Shown here piece by piece: positions 81,079-94,264 of a stretch of DNA of 248,000 nt (the stretch's first letter is position 1; every line of letters begins with the position of its first letter). The notes beneath the pieces are model-generated. The model was not told the DNA's origin. It did not search any database and was given only the letters and a program-made list of their open reading frames with translations. Origin of the DNA: Wallemia ichthyophaga EXF-994 (lineage: Eukaryota; Fungi; Basidiomycota); contig NW_008806281.1 of assembly GCF_000400465.1 (NCBI RefSeq), positions 20,001-268,000 of the forward strand. Direction: 5' to 3'. The position numbers and the translations under genes were made by a program.

Positions 81079-82522
81079 ATGGGTATTAAAGCACTTGCCA
81101 ACGTAATTTCAGAAGAGTCACCAAAAGCAATAAAGCACACAGATATTAAATCATTATTTGGCAGGAAGGTTGCAATCGATGCTTCCATGTCCATCTACCA
81201 ATTCCTGATAGCAGTTAGGCAGAGAGACGGCGAGCAATTAATGAGCGACACAGGCGAAACTACATCTCATTTAATGGGATTTTTCTACCGTACACTGAGA
81301 ATGGTCGATAATGGTTTAAAACCGTGTTATGTCTTCGATGGTAAACCTCCTGATCTCAAATCGAACGTCTTAAAGTCTCGCTTCGAGAAGAGAGAAGACG
81401 CGACTGAACAAGGTGAAGAAGCTAAAGAGACTGGTGACGCAGAGACTATGGATAGATTATCTAGACGCACTGTAAGAGTAACAAAGGAGCATAACGCTGA
81501 ATGTAGAAAACTGCTCAAACTCATGGGCATTCCTGTGATTGAAGCTCCTTCTGAAGCTGAAGCTCAGTGTGCTGAACTCGTTAGAGGTGGTAAGGTTTGG
81601 GCTGCAGGTAGTGAGGATATGGATACTCTCACTTTCGGCGCACCCATCTTACTCAGACATTTGACTTTCTCTGAGCAAAAGAAAGAACCAATCAGTCACT
81701 ACTATTTCGAAGAAGCCCTCAGTGGATTAGCCATGGAGCGTGAACAATTTACCGACCTCTGTATCTTGTTGGGATGTGATTATCTAGACCCTGTCAAGGG
81801 TGTTGGTCCTTCAACAGCACTCAAGTTAATTAGAGAGCATGGCAGTCTAGATGAGATTGTGCCAATCTGCAGAGCCAATCAAGAGAAGAGGGCTAAGGAA
81901 ATGGAAAAGATCAAAGAGGATGAAGATGAGAAAGAAGAGGAAGAAGAGAAGCTCGAAAGAGAGGAATCGGGTAGTGAGAATGAAGAGTCCACACCAAAGA
82001 AGAAGACCAAGAAGAGAGGTAAACAGCCTAAAACCAAGTCAGGTCCAGTCATACCAGAGTATTGGCCATACGAAAAGGCTCGCGAGCTCTTTTTGAACCC
82101 TAATGTACACAAAGCTGACGAAGTTGAGGTGCGTGTGTATCTTGAACTTAAACTGGCTCTAACGTTTGATCAGCTCAATTGGGAGAGTCCAGATATAGAT
82201 GGACTGATACAATTCTTGTGTCACGAGAAGGGTTTTGCGTGAGTGCAGTTGTAAACCAAACGATATTGAGCTGACATCCCGTTTAGTGAGGACAGAGTCA
82301 GAAAAGGTGCTGACAGATTGAACAAGATGTTAAATACCAAACAACAAGGACGTCTTGACGGATTTTTCTCAGTGATTCCTAAGGTAAGACATCTTGAGTC
82401 TGTGATTCATCACTAACGCCTATTCACAGGCAAACGACGACAAAATGACAGATAAGAAAGGTGGAGGTAAACGCAAGGCAGAAGATGCCAAAGGCAAGGG
82501 CGGCAAAAAATCAAAGAAGTAA
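81079..82522 (+). CDS. RAD27: Flap endonuclease 1
   Basis: MGIKAL, VAIDASM, EAEAQCA, LGCDY. Confidence 0.96.
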
Positions 82523-82565
82523 ACATGTAACTAGTGTAATATTTTGCTTTATTTATTCTTGGTAT

Positions 82566-83630
82566 TTATGGGATGTCAATTCTTCTGCCCTCCTTGGAGG
82601 ATTGATGGGCTAACTCAATCAGTCTGATGGTAAGAGCAGCAGAGTAAGGATCGACAGCAAGCTTCTCAGTTTTGTTGATTGCATTGGCGACATTTCTGTA
82701 GAAATCGATCCAGACACCTTTTACAGTCTCTACAGTTTCAGTCTTGCCATCTGAGTTGGTAAACGTTCCATGGGCATTCTTATCATCAACGCCAAAGTTG
82801 GCATCAAGTGCATTCAGCCCAGCCTTGATTTGTGATTCTTGAACATCAAATCCATACTTGATGAATGAGCCATTTTCACCACTGATCTTAAACCTCAACT
82901 GATCATTGAAGCACGCCAAAACAGAAGCACCGAGTGTGACAATCAGTGGAATCTTGTTTTGGTAATGAAGGTGAACAGTGAAGCTATCATCGACAGATAA
83001 ATCACCTTTCTGGCGACTATTTTGTACGATAGCGCTGATTTGATGAGGTTTACCAAACAGCTTCACAGACTGGTCGATTAAGTGACTACCCAAATCATAC
83101 AGAACACCGGAGCCTGGTACGTTTTCCTCACGCCAACCACCCTTATTTTGTGGACGGTATCTATCGAAACGCGACTCAACTGAGCTAATGTCACCAAGCT
83201 TACCATCCTTGATGAGCTTGCTAGCGGTAAGGAAATCACTGTCGTATCTTCTGTTCTGAAATACACTCAAGATTAAACCTTTTTCAACGGCCAAATCAGC
83301 CAATTCCAATGCTTGCTCTGATGAAGGTGTCAAAGGTTTCTCAACAACCACATTCTTGCCTGCTTTGAGTGCTTCCTTGGTAAGGTTGTAATGGGAAGTG
83401 TTTGAAGTGGTAATAACAATGAGGCTGACGTTAGTGTCTTTGAGGATATCGTTATAATCGTTTATGACGGTAAAAGGCTCTAAGTGCTGCCACTTGCTTC
83501 TCGCAACGCTGTTTTCTTTCGTAGCTCTACGCTCGAGTACATGTGTCAACTTGAAGTCGTCGACTGCGTCTATGAAGGGAATGTGCAAGTCAGATGAATT
83601 TCCAACACCAATTATTGCCACGTTTATCAT
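82566..83630 (-). CDS. Gfo/Idh/MocA oxidoreductase (intronless)
   Basis: VVVEKP, FQNRRYDSDF, LYDLGSHLIDQ. Confidence 0.9.
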   Translation of the reverse strand: MINVAIIGVGNSSDLHIPFIDAVDDFKLTHVLERRATKENSVARSKWQHLEPFTVINDYNDILKDTNVSLIVITTSNTSHYNLTKEALKAGKNVVVEKPLTPSSEQALELADLAVEKGLILSVFQNRRYDSDFLTASKLIKDGKLGDISSVESRFDRYRPQNKGGWREENVPGSGVLYDLGSHLIDQSVKLFGKPHQISAIVQNSRQKGDLSVDDSFTVHLHYQNKIPLIVTLGASVLACFNDQLRFKISGENGSFIKYGFDVQESQIKAGLNALDANFGVDDKNAHGTFTNSDGKTETVETVKGVWIDFYRNVANAINKTEKLAVDPYSAALTIRLIELAHQSSKEGRRIDIP

Positions 83631-83749
83631 TTTACTTGGTTGTTCGGATACAAAGGCTAAATTGACTGAGTAAAGACTTGTGAGATCACATCATGAGAAC
83701 AGAAAATGATACCATATCGGTAATTGAAACTTGTACATTGTTGAGATAT

Positions 83750-84991
83750 CTAGCTATTTAGCTTGCCCAATTCAGATCCTAGCTTGTAATTGACAACCTT
83801 GTCCCAATCGATCTTCTCCCTAGTGATTGGTAATGCTCTGCGAAGACTTTTGAACAGCTTCTCACTCAATTTATCTTGATAAAGCACATTCAGATGTGCT
83901 TGGTATTGCCTATCAGATTCAATGATTGCCTTGACTAGCTTCTTGGCTTCTTCGGGCGTTGTTGGTGGTCCTTGAAGTGGTGATTTAATTTTTGGCGCGT
84001 GAGATGCTTGTAATTGTACATTTCCGTTTCTGTGGGAATTGTGAGAGTGTGATTAGATCTTTTGTACCACTCACTCAAAGTAATGGATCGAAATGTCGAT
84101 ATTTCCGACTATCTCGTCGCTTGTCAGGTCATACACCCACCTGGCTCTCCATCTGCCAGACCAATAATTTGATTGGTTGAACTTGTTACCAGTGTAGTAT
84201 AAATTGATTTCTGAGATATCCTCTGATTTGGTTTCCTGGGTATTTTGAGCAGCAGGTTCATCAACTGGATTAGGTTGTGCTTCTTCCAATTTGTCTTGAG
84301 ATTCCTTGGGTGATGACTCTTCTTGCTGCTCTGTCTTGCCTGCATCCTGTTGCTCCTCGCTATTTTCCTCATTTTCGGAATCACCCTCTTCTGGCAGCTT
84401 CTCTCCACTCTCGTTTACAGCTTCGTCTGTCTGCTCGACTTGATTCTGCTCTTTTTCCAGTTCCTGCTCTTGTTCCTGTTCCATGTTATCGAGACATTTG
84501 ACGGTAGTATAAACAGCAGCTGTTCCGTTAGAGTAGAACTCTTCAACGTATTCATCTAAAGCGTGTTCGAGGAGGCTGCGAATGTGATTCTGATAGTTAA
84601 GCTGATCGACTGTCTCAACATTCTCGGCCTTAAGATCAAGCTGGTTGAGTTTGTAGACTTTGGATGACTTTGGATCGTAGTATTTATCATGATTTATATG
84701 CGATTGTGGTGTTATCAACGTCTTTGTCGGTGTTAAGGGGATGAACGCGTGCTGAAAGATACGGGACTTACTCTAACGCCATCTAAATCGATAGTATTCA
84801 GTTGCTGCTCGTTAAACTCCTTTAAACAGCCATTCAAATCGTCTTGATCGATCTCTGTCAATACCTTCAAGTCTGCGCGGAAATTAGCATGTGTGATCAG
84901 CCAGGAGATGGAATTTACCTTCCAGCACCTCCTTTAGCTCATTTGGTGGTGATTGTTTTAGTATTTTGCGCACAATTTCCGCTGATGACAT
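83750..84991 (-). CDS. CAP1: F-actin capping protein alpha
   Basis: SPPNELKEVLEDL; NYWSGRWR; IHYFE; RQKIDWDK. Confidence 0.92.
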
Positions 84992-85008
84992 GGTTGATCA
85001 ATTCAACC

Positions 85009-85691
85009 ATGTGGGACTACTTCAATCAGATACCTACTGTCTCCAAATTTTGGCTGATTGGAAGTATATGCGTATCTACGCTCGTTCAAGTAAACGTTCT
85101 TAGTCCTCTTAATCTTTATTTCAGCTTTCACTCTGCATTCGTCAACAACCAGGTGAGCTGGTGTTATCTAATCATCATTCATAACGCTCACACCCAAATT
85201 AGCCCTGGAGAGCTCTTACAACGTTTTTTTACTTTGGAGATATCTCTATTGACCTCTTCCTTCACCTATTCTTCTTCATTAGGTATTCAAGAATGCTCGA
85301 GGAAGAGCAATTCTCCTCGAACAAGGCTGAATACGTTTGGAGCTTAATTGTCATGTCTACTCTGCTACTAGGAATATCCCCCCTTATCAACTTGCCTTTC
85401 TTATCAACAGCATTGTCTTCAGCTTTGGTTTACGTTTGGGCGAGAAGTCACCCAAATGCTCAAATTGGTCTCTTAGTATTCATAATTAGAGCCAGCTACC
85501 TCCCTTGGGCTATTGTTATGCTTTCGTGGGCGATTACAGGTAGAGCTTCTGCAGCTAGGACCGAGTTGGCTGGTATAGCAGTAGGTCATGTCTGGCACTT
85601 TTCAAAGTCAATCTGGCCAAAAGAACTCGCTGCGAGAGGCAAACCACTGCTACCAACTCCTAGATTCCTGACAGAGACGTTGAACAGTTAA
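85009..85691 (+). CDS. DER1: Derlin
   Basis: MWDYFNQIPTVSK; PGELL; YVWARSHP; YLPW. Confidence 0.88.
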
Positions 85692-85737
85692 TCTCGCATA
85701 GCATTTAATCTTTTGTATTCTAATGTAGCTCATATAT

Positions 85738-87430
85738 TTACATCTTCAACACACTAGTTGTGCTCTTGATTAAATCGATTATGCAGTAGTTGTCGATTGG
85801 TATATACTGATTCGTAATCACTTTGATGATCTCCTGACTGGCTAATCCACCTAGGAAAGCTGCTGTATTTGGTAAATCACTACCACCGCCTCTAACCAAC
85901 TCCAGAAGCGAATCAGAAATGACTTTAGATGGTTCTTTACCACATAAATCTTTCGTAACTTTCTCCAGTTCACTATTCACTCTCATTACGTCATTCTCGA
86001 AATCCTCTAATTTACAGTCTCCTGGTTGCCTTTTGTACTTTTCACTGAATGCGTCTGAGATTATAAAAGCTACGTAAATAGCGTATGCAGATTCCGTGAA
86101 TTCATCACTTATACCACTAGCTATGAGTAGCGTTAGTTTGGAAGCATCACTAAATCTGTCTTCTCACAAATTACGTCGCGTCTTGGCGAAGTGTACTCAT
86201 CTCCGATACTGCTTCCTTTGATAACTTTCAAGAAGGCGGAGTGCTTCGCGAATGCTCCAATCAAATCGTCACTGAAAATGTTGATAGAAACGCTAAATTT
86301 GTCAATAATGCCGATGAGAATGCTTTTCAGCTCTTCGACATCTTCACGTGCTTTGTTCTTGTAGATGGTTTGAAGGTGGACGTAAGTCTGAGTGTCAGTG
86401 TGCAAGTCTGGCAGAGTACCAGGATGAGGCAAGACACCATGCCTGTCACTGAACACCTTCAATGACGCTACCAAAAACCAGAACGGAGATGAGTCTTTTG
86501 AAAGGTTTTTGAGGGAATCGTCTTGATACAGTTCAGCAACTTGGTGCGGTATATCATTACTCTGGAACGCTCTGTATGCTTGCGACTGAGCCTCGTCAAA
86601 ATTTTGCTCATCTACACCTTTCCTACGATGGCTATCCATGACTTTTTTGAATTCTCTCTTCTCAGTGATATTCTTTGGGAGTGCACCGTCGTGGCTCTTT
86701 TTCCACTCATCGAGTTGTTTAATGAGCACGACAATGTATGGTATGTGAGCGTGATCGTTGTCTGAAACCTTATTTAAATCGGTCGACTGCACGAATTTTT
86801 TGAGCTGTTCAAATGGCTTGTTTAAACGCAAGTCTACGATGGCGTCTGGATGAGTGTCTATTATGGTTTGTTCGGGTAGTTGTACGCGCAAAGATGCGTA
86901 AAAACCTGAAGTTTTCATTGAGAACAAAGGAAGATGATTACTCCAAGCCAAATCGGATAACTTTAAAGTGAGATCAGTCTCAGTGTTGTGTAAAATAACG
87001 GCCGAGAAGTTTGTGAAGAAGTCTGGTTGAGTTTCCAACACATGATATGGATTCTTCACCAGCCCTTCGCCCTGTACGCTGTCGTTCATTTCTAACAACA
87101 ATCTAACTGTTTCTGTAGCGCGTGGCTTACCAACAGACTCAGGCTCCAAGAAGAAGTTGTTGCCAATATCTGCGTCTGTGACCAATTGATCGTCCATAAC
87201 GGTGAAATGACCAATGCCTTGGAATTAAGAATGAGACTGCAGATAAGAAAGGCAAGGAGCTAAAACACACCTGGTAAGACTAGGTTCTTCAAAGTTGCGC
87301 TTGATGTGGCTGAACCGTTTATGACTAAAACTCGAGCGTTTTCCAACGCAGATTGGCCAGCGGCTGCCCACAACCTTGATATTCTGTTGATCAGAGCCTA
87401 ATGAAATGATATTACCCACCTCAACTGTCT
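85738..87430 (-). CDS. ULA1: NEDD8-activating enzyme E1 regulatory subunit
   Basis: RYDRQLRLW; DIGNNFFL; HAHIPY; GGLASQEIIK. Confidence 0.92.
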
Positions 87431-87720
87431 ATCGTAACGTCTAGTTTTACTGAATCGTGTTTAAATTGAGTGTGTGTGGGGATATGGATATGCTTACTGA
87501 TCAGGTCTCTGGCTGTGTGGATTTTGAGTGCGATAAACGATAATAAGCGTCAACTAACTCTGTAACTTTGAATTCTGCTGAAGTTATTTGTTCTAAGTCC
87601 ATCGCAAGTCGCAGTTGTTAAGCAAGAGGAGATGAAATATTAATATAATTTTTGCTCCAGTAGACCCAATTAGATTTAACATTCTTTCTTCATTATCAAC
87701 CTCTATGATCTAATCTCATT

Positions 87721-89835
87721 ATGTCCAGATTAGCTCCTCGATTGCCAATCCCTCCTTTAGAATCAAGCTTAGAAAAATATTTAAAATCTTTGGAACCTTT
87801 TATAGACGACGATAACCACGTCAGGTCTCATCTCCGCGCTATCGCTGACGATTTCAGAGATGGCCTTGGGAAGAAGTTACAGACGAGGCTTAAAGGTGAG
87901 AATTTCCAGCACACAAAATGTCATCTTATATTCCTCAAGACGTTGACAGAGTTTCCCCTACAAATTGGCTCGATGATCGTTGGTGGATTAAACTGGCCTA
88001 TCACACCAATAGGGCTCCCTTGCTCATAAACTCAAATTGGTGGCTCTTATACAAAGATGATCCATCCACCCCCAACGACCTCAAAATGACTAAAGATAGC
88101 CGTGGTTTCACAAATTGGCAGATTCTTAGAGCTGCGTGGCTGACGAGAGGATTGTTGCACATAAAACAGCTCCTCGACAAAGGCGAACAGCTCCCAGACT
88201 TATCTAAAGCTGGTCAGTGTCTTACTCTTCACTGTCTTTGTCTGACCAAGTCATTACAGCTCGATGGTTCGGTCCTCGTGCTAACAAGCTGTTTGGTATG
88301 ACACGCTTACCTCAGTACGACTGTGATCACTTGACACACGTACCCTTGCCCAATCTCACAAAGCACATTGTCGTGTTTGCTAAGAGTCAGGCGTTTAAGG
88401 TGGACGTAATAGATGCAGAAGGTGGTATATTTGGTTGGGATACCATTGCCAAGTCTTTCAGTGGTATTACAGAGAGTCTCAGCAACGATCTCGACTCACC
88501 TGTAGGTGTCATGACGGCGGTTGATAGGGATACATGGACTAGAGTGGGTGATATCGATCATGTCTCATAAATACCCGCTAAACCTTTAACAGAATCGTGA
88601 ACATCTCAAGATAATATCGCAAAAAAATGAGCTTACTTTGTCTGCTATCGAATCAGCACTGTTTACGGTCTGTTTAGACGATTACACTCTCCCTCCTCGC
88701 AGTAAGGAGCAGGACGTGTTAGATGGCCATATGATTAATATAGCTGGTGGAATAAACGGCAAAAATAGATGGTTTGACAAGTCAATGAGTCTTATTGTCG
88801 AAAATAATGGCAGAGCAGGTATGAACGGTGAACACTCATTCGTTGAAGCCCTGGTGCCATCGATAGTAGCTGATTATACGCTTTATGAAGATATGCCAGT
88901 GAATGCTTCAATTGCTTCTCAGCAACAATCTTGTCGCTCTGAAAGGCTTCGGTGGGTTTTAGATGATCACATTATCAGTGAAATCAAGAGTGCAAATTCA
89001 GTAGCTGAGCGTATACTGAATGATTCAGAGCCTTCAGAGTTACTTTTCAGCGAATTCGGTGTGGATTGGATGAAGGAAGTTGGTGAGGTTTCACTTGCTG
89101 TATTGGCATCTTCTCACGAAATCGAAAGCCGGTCTCGCGCCAGATGCGTTCATACAAATGGCGCTGCAATTAGCATGGTTCAAGAACCAAGGATACTTTA
89201 CAGCGACGTATGAGACTGCGTCCACTAGAATTTTCGATAATGGCAGGACAGATACGCTTCGAACTCTAACAAGCGAGTCGAAGCGCTTCGTAAAGACAAT
89301 GATGTCGAAAGATGTCAATGTGAGTAAATAATTGATCATCATCATTTTTCTCACTTAAACTTTATAGGATTCTGCCAAGTACGACAGCTTACTGCAAGCT
89401 ACAAAAACACATGCTAAGAATATGCGGGATGCAACCACCGGCAAGGCTTTTGATAGACACCTGCTGGGATTGAGGATGTTGCTGCGGCCTGGAGAAAGCC
89501 ATGAGTTGTTCGACAACAAGTATAATGCGATGAGCTCGGAATGGAAACTTAGCACAAGTGGACTAAGCGCTGGACCTCGTTTTAATGGAACTGGGTGCGT
89601 TTTTGTTAAGACTTTAACGTAACACTCATAGCGCTGCAGCTTTGGTACTGTCTATCCAGATGGATATGGTATTAATTACATGGCGGGGCCCTCCGAACTT
89701 AAATTTGGTATAGAAAGCAAATTACACTGCTCAGCGACGTCAACGTACGGATTCAAGCGTGATTTGCTTTCGTCTCTCCAAGAAATGCGACACGTTTGTG
89801 AAACACAGCAAAAAACCCTGAAAGCTAGATTATAG
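87721..89835 (+). CDS. Carnitine/choline O-acyltransferase
   Basis: LPIPPLE, NRWFDK, GEHS, PDAFIQMALQ, YETAS, GFDRH-like. Confidence 0.9.
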
Positions 89836-90687
89836 AGTCTCTTATAAAGTATAGTGACCTACTTAAATACTGCTAATTTTTGTAAACTAGTATTCAACAT
89901 TGAATTTTTCGTATGAAGGATATCAAGACATGTTAGTGATATAAAAATAGAAGAGATGAAGACCCCATTTCATAAGTAAGACTTATCTGCCTTATTTAGT
90001 GGTAAATTTAGATAGTTAATTCAATATTAATTCATCTTCAGATGTGCTTCTTCAGGTCTTTGTAACCTTCCACTGCGGGAGTATTCGATACACAGGTCGG
90101 AAAGTTTGAGGTTCGAGAATATTAATGCGTTCTTTTCTAAAAAGAGCATAAAATCATTTATAAAAGAGAAGTTGAATCTAAGTCGCAGAATCTTACTGTT
90201 TCCTCTCGACATTCTCGAAATTGACCATCTGTAAAGAGTTTCTTCGGTGGGCTCTTCAAATTTTGGATACTCTGAATTGGGAATCATGCGATGAAAAAAT
90301 CAGCGGTTTTGGGGCTTTACAACGCAAAGTGCCAGTGATTGTTGACGAAATAAGGCTGCCTTAGTGGCATACCAGTTAAGTGCGCGGAATTGTGAAGACT
90401 TGTATCAACAATTTCATGGGTTATTTCAGCCGCCAATGTCGCTATTTTTATGAAGGCACAGTGATCAAAGTCATGAATGGTATGAGGCACAAACAGGTGA
90501 TACTTTATTTTATCGGAATGTACCGGGAAAAGGAAAAGTAGAACAATTAAGTTATCCAAGTAGACAGAAAGCGTCTGCATCACTGCTTCAAAGCCTCCAT
90601 CATGGCTACTAGATAGACAAAGAGAATTAAAAAACCTCGAAACGCACGCGAATGATGAAATGATAATGTAATCCACTAATACACCAA

Positions 90688-91548
90688 TTACTCTTCTTCC
90701 TCGCCGACCCTGTACGCAACAAGAGCTTCCACCTTGTGCACCGAGGTATCGAAAGAACGCAACCTGACTTGCTCCGTTTTATCTGATTGGATGAGATGTG
90801 GGTCTGCATCCACCCAGGAATCAGAAACTTGCATAGTCTTTGCTTCTTCGGTATCGGATGTATAGATGAGAATATTGAACGCACAAGGCTCATCGATCAT
90901 AGGAAGGAAAGTGACTGATGCTGTTATTTGACGAATGATGGCTTGTATTTCGCTGTGGATTTCTTTTTCTGTCTTTGGTTTGTTTTGTTTTTCGCTGTTT
91001 TGGCTGCTTTCACTATTTCTTTTGTCAGGAATAATATAATTCGCGCTTAAAAGCACCACTCACTCTGAGGCTGTGTTCTGTATGTCAAATTGCCATCTCT
91101 CTAACGTTTCCCTCGATTCCTTGCTCACAATCGCCAAAACTAATTTGCTTACTTGATTACCTAGGAGCCATTCACTCAATTGAGAAATAACTTTGCTGAT
91201 GTAAGTTTTCAATCCGTCATCGTTTGTTACTAGCATGTTTAATCCATACTTCTTCACCATCGAGAAGTCTTCTGGCTAGCAGTTGAGTTAGAATGGGCAG
91301 TGAGCGTACAATAGCCACACTAACAGGGTATACAGCTCTTTGGAATAATATACTTTCGCGTTTTGTTAGAATTTGACGCGTTAAATTGGTATACTATCTG
91401 CGCACCTGTTCACAGCATACTAAAAGCCCATTCAGCTAAATCCTATTTAACAGACTAGGAAACTTACACTGAAGAATTCTGTAACAATTTTAGTTGATCC
91501 CTTCAAATTTATCGTCGAACGCGTTGGTGCTGCTTGAGCTGTAGCCAT
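90688..91548 (-). CDS. MAD2: Spindle checkpoint HORMA protein
   Basis: VKKYGLNMLV; LERWQFD; RQITASVTFLP; LRSFDT. Confidence 0.94.
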
Positions 91549-91634
91549 GGTGAGTGGTGGTGATAAAGAGAACAACGCGTCTAAGGAAAGCGATAGCACG
91601 GAATCAAAAGACAGCAAGCTGCTAAAGATTCAGA

Positions 91635-92670
91635 TGACAATATAAGCAAGAGTATAGCCCACTATAGATGTGTAGAGGCTGGCGTTATGGACTTGGTGGG
91701 TAGGCGCATTTGCATAGCGCACGGCACATAGCAAACAGCAAACACTCACATAGAAGACTAGAGGAACCACGCAGTCAAGACAGCAGAGAGTTTAGATGCT
91801 GTGACGGAGTTGCTCAAAATCAATCCTGAATACTACACGATGTGGAATTATCGTCGTATTATATTATTAAACCTATTCACGGAAATCGGTGTGGATGCAA
91901 CGCAGGAGAAGCTTTCATTTGAGCTTATGTTTACTCTTGGTCTGCTGAAGGAGTTCCCGAAAGTCTACTGGATCTGGAATCACCGGACGTGGGCATTGGA
92001 GACGTTGTCGGCTACTTTCACAGACGAGCAAGCCGATGGGAGATTGTGGGAGTGGAATAATGAATTGAAGATGGTTGACAGTCTGCTGAAATTAGATTCA
92101 CGCAACTTCCATGCCTGGGGATACAGAAGACAGCTGCTCACTCTCATGAATTTCAAGGAAGATAGAAATACAGTCAGCACATTCCCACACGTACTCAGTC
92201 GAGATCAGCTCCTCAAAGAGAAACAGTCGACACTTCACTTCATCGAAAACAACTTCAGTAATTTCTCGGCATGGCATCAAAGAACGAAGATTTTGAGCCA
92301 ATTATGGGCGTTAGATGGAGGCGTTAGTATAGACGATCTCAATGAAGAGTTTGACTTAGTCAAACAGGCTATGTACACCGATCCATCGGATCAGTCGGTT
92401 TGGCTGTATCACAAGTGGTTGATACAACAGGTAGCTGATGAAAATATCGTAGATGTGCTACAAAGAGAGCTGGAGTCTATTAACGAGCTTTATGAGCTTG
92501 AGCCTGAGTCGAAGTGGTGCTTAGAATCTCTCGCTCACTACAACAAACTACTTCATCAACATACTCAAGCGAACGAGCTGCTCCGTAGATACAATGAATA
92601 CCTTACTGAACTCATCACAATTGATCCAGACAGAAAAAATAGATATCTAGACTCCCTTGTAAAGCTGTAA
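91635..92670 (+). CDS. BET4: Rab geranylgeranyltransferase alpha
   Basis: NPEYYTMWNYRR; PKVYWIWNHR; NFSNFSAWHQR. Confidence 0.92.
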
Positions 92671-92786
92671 TAATGCAAAATTTCATACAAAAAAATCTAA
92701 TGCATCGCAAGCAATGCTAAATTTATAACAAATTGATTTATCGCTTTAACAAAACATTGCGTAAAATTGTCGTCATTAATAATTAT

Positions 92787-93857
92787 CTACTCGATAGCAC
92801 TGGTTTGATCCTTTGGTGGTTGGTAATCTGGTCTGAAGATGGAGTCAAGGAAGACACCAACACCACCTTCGTTGTTGGTGAGAGTTCTGTGTGTACAGTT
92901 TTCTCTTGGTGCCTTCATGGCGTTACCCATAGAACAAGAGAAACCTGAAGCCTTGAACATTCCAACGTCGTTCTCACCGTCACCGAACGTTATTGTGTTT
93001 TCTGGTGCAATACCGTAAACCTTGCAGAAGTGAGCCAATGCGACAGCCTTGTCAACACCTGGTGGACACAACTCAATAATGTATGGGAGTGCACGAGTCA
93101 ACTTGAATGAGTCTCTTGGGAAACGTGGCTCGTGGAGAAGGAGAGTCATGAAGTCTAAACTATGTCAATTTGACAAATAAGCTAAGTAAAACCAATACTC
93201 ACCTTCAATGACGGTTTCCTCCATTGGACAGAAAATCTTGCAGATGACGACTTCCTCCTTATCAACTTTTTCTAAGAAGTCGGTGCCTCTCTTGTCAGAA
93301 ATTGAAGGATCGAAACCCTTTGAGATTTCGAAGAAATCCTTGTCTGGCCTCTCTTCCAAAGAGACACAGTGGACCTTGTCGTGCTCGTAAAGCATACAGG
93401 TCTTGTTGTGCTTCATCATCATGTCAACAACAGACAAGACGGTGTTTTTGTTGATCTTTTGTTGAGATTGGACGGTGCCGTCTGGGTTGTAAATAATAGC
93501 ACCGTGACAGGCACCAACTGGCATATCGAGGAGGTCACATTCGATACGCATATCATTGATAGATACCAATTGTTTACCAGTAACTGGCAAAATTGGAATT
93601 TCAGGCTTGTTGGCTCTCAACCACTTGAAACAGTCAATAACTCTTGGGTGAACACCGTGGTCATCGTCGAAGAGAGTACCATCAACGTCGGAGATGATCA
93701 TTTTGATCTTGTCTGCAGGGATATTTGGGCCTTCTGGCTTCGATGGTCTTTGCTGGACCGAAGGCTTAGCGAGGGCCTTGATAGAGGAGCGACGACGCTC
93801 AGATTGCTTTGGATCCCAACCTGAGCTGGAGCGACGTTGGTTTTGGCTGCTAATCAT
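92787..93857 (-). CDS. Cof-type HAD hydrolase (subfamily IIB)
   Basis: SDVDGTL, TGK, FGDGENDVGM. Confidence 0.88.
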
Positions 93858-94264
93858 TTTTGTATTTAGCTGTTTTTAGTTAAGAATCAACCAGCGAACG
93901 AAGTACGCTTAAAATGTCCAAACGTGGAGTGCCTGTTTAGATGACGTTGTGATAATACGTCAAATGAATCAATTAATATCTGTATGAATATATTCTAGTT
94001 ATGTGCTCTTCTGCCCGCTATTTATCTCGATTAAATTGTTTCGCGTAATCTTCTTTGGTAAAAATTTTGCAATCGATTGAAATCTAATCGGTTAGGGACA
94101 AAAAAGTTTATTAGGGTGACTTTGTAAGCACATGAATATCTCAGCGTTTCGAGGAAATTCTCATTCACTCCACTCACATCGCCGTAATAATCCGGATTAC
94201 ATTACATTTCATTGGATAATATGAGGAGGATAATATGAGGATAGTATGATTCTAAATAGATATT

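Noticed and set aside
82566-83630. Horizontal transfer of the intronless Gfo/Idh/MocA gene
   Set aside because: The family is common in fungi, and lack of introns alone is not evidence without a phylogeny
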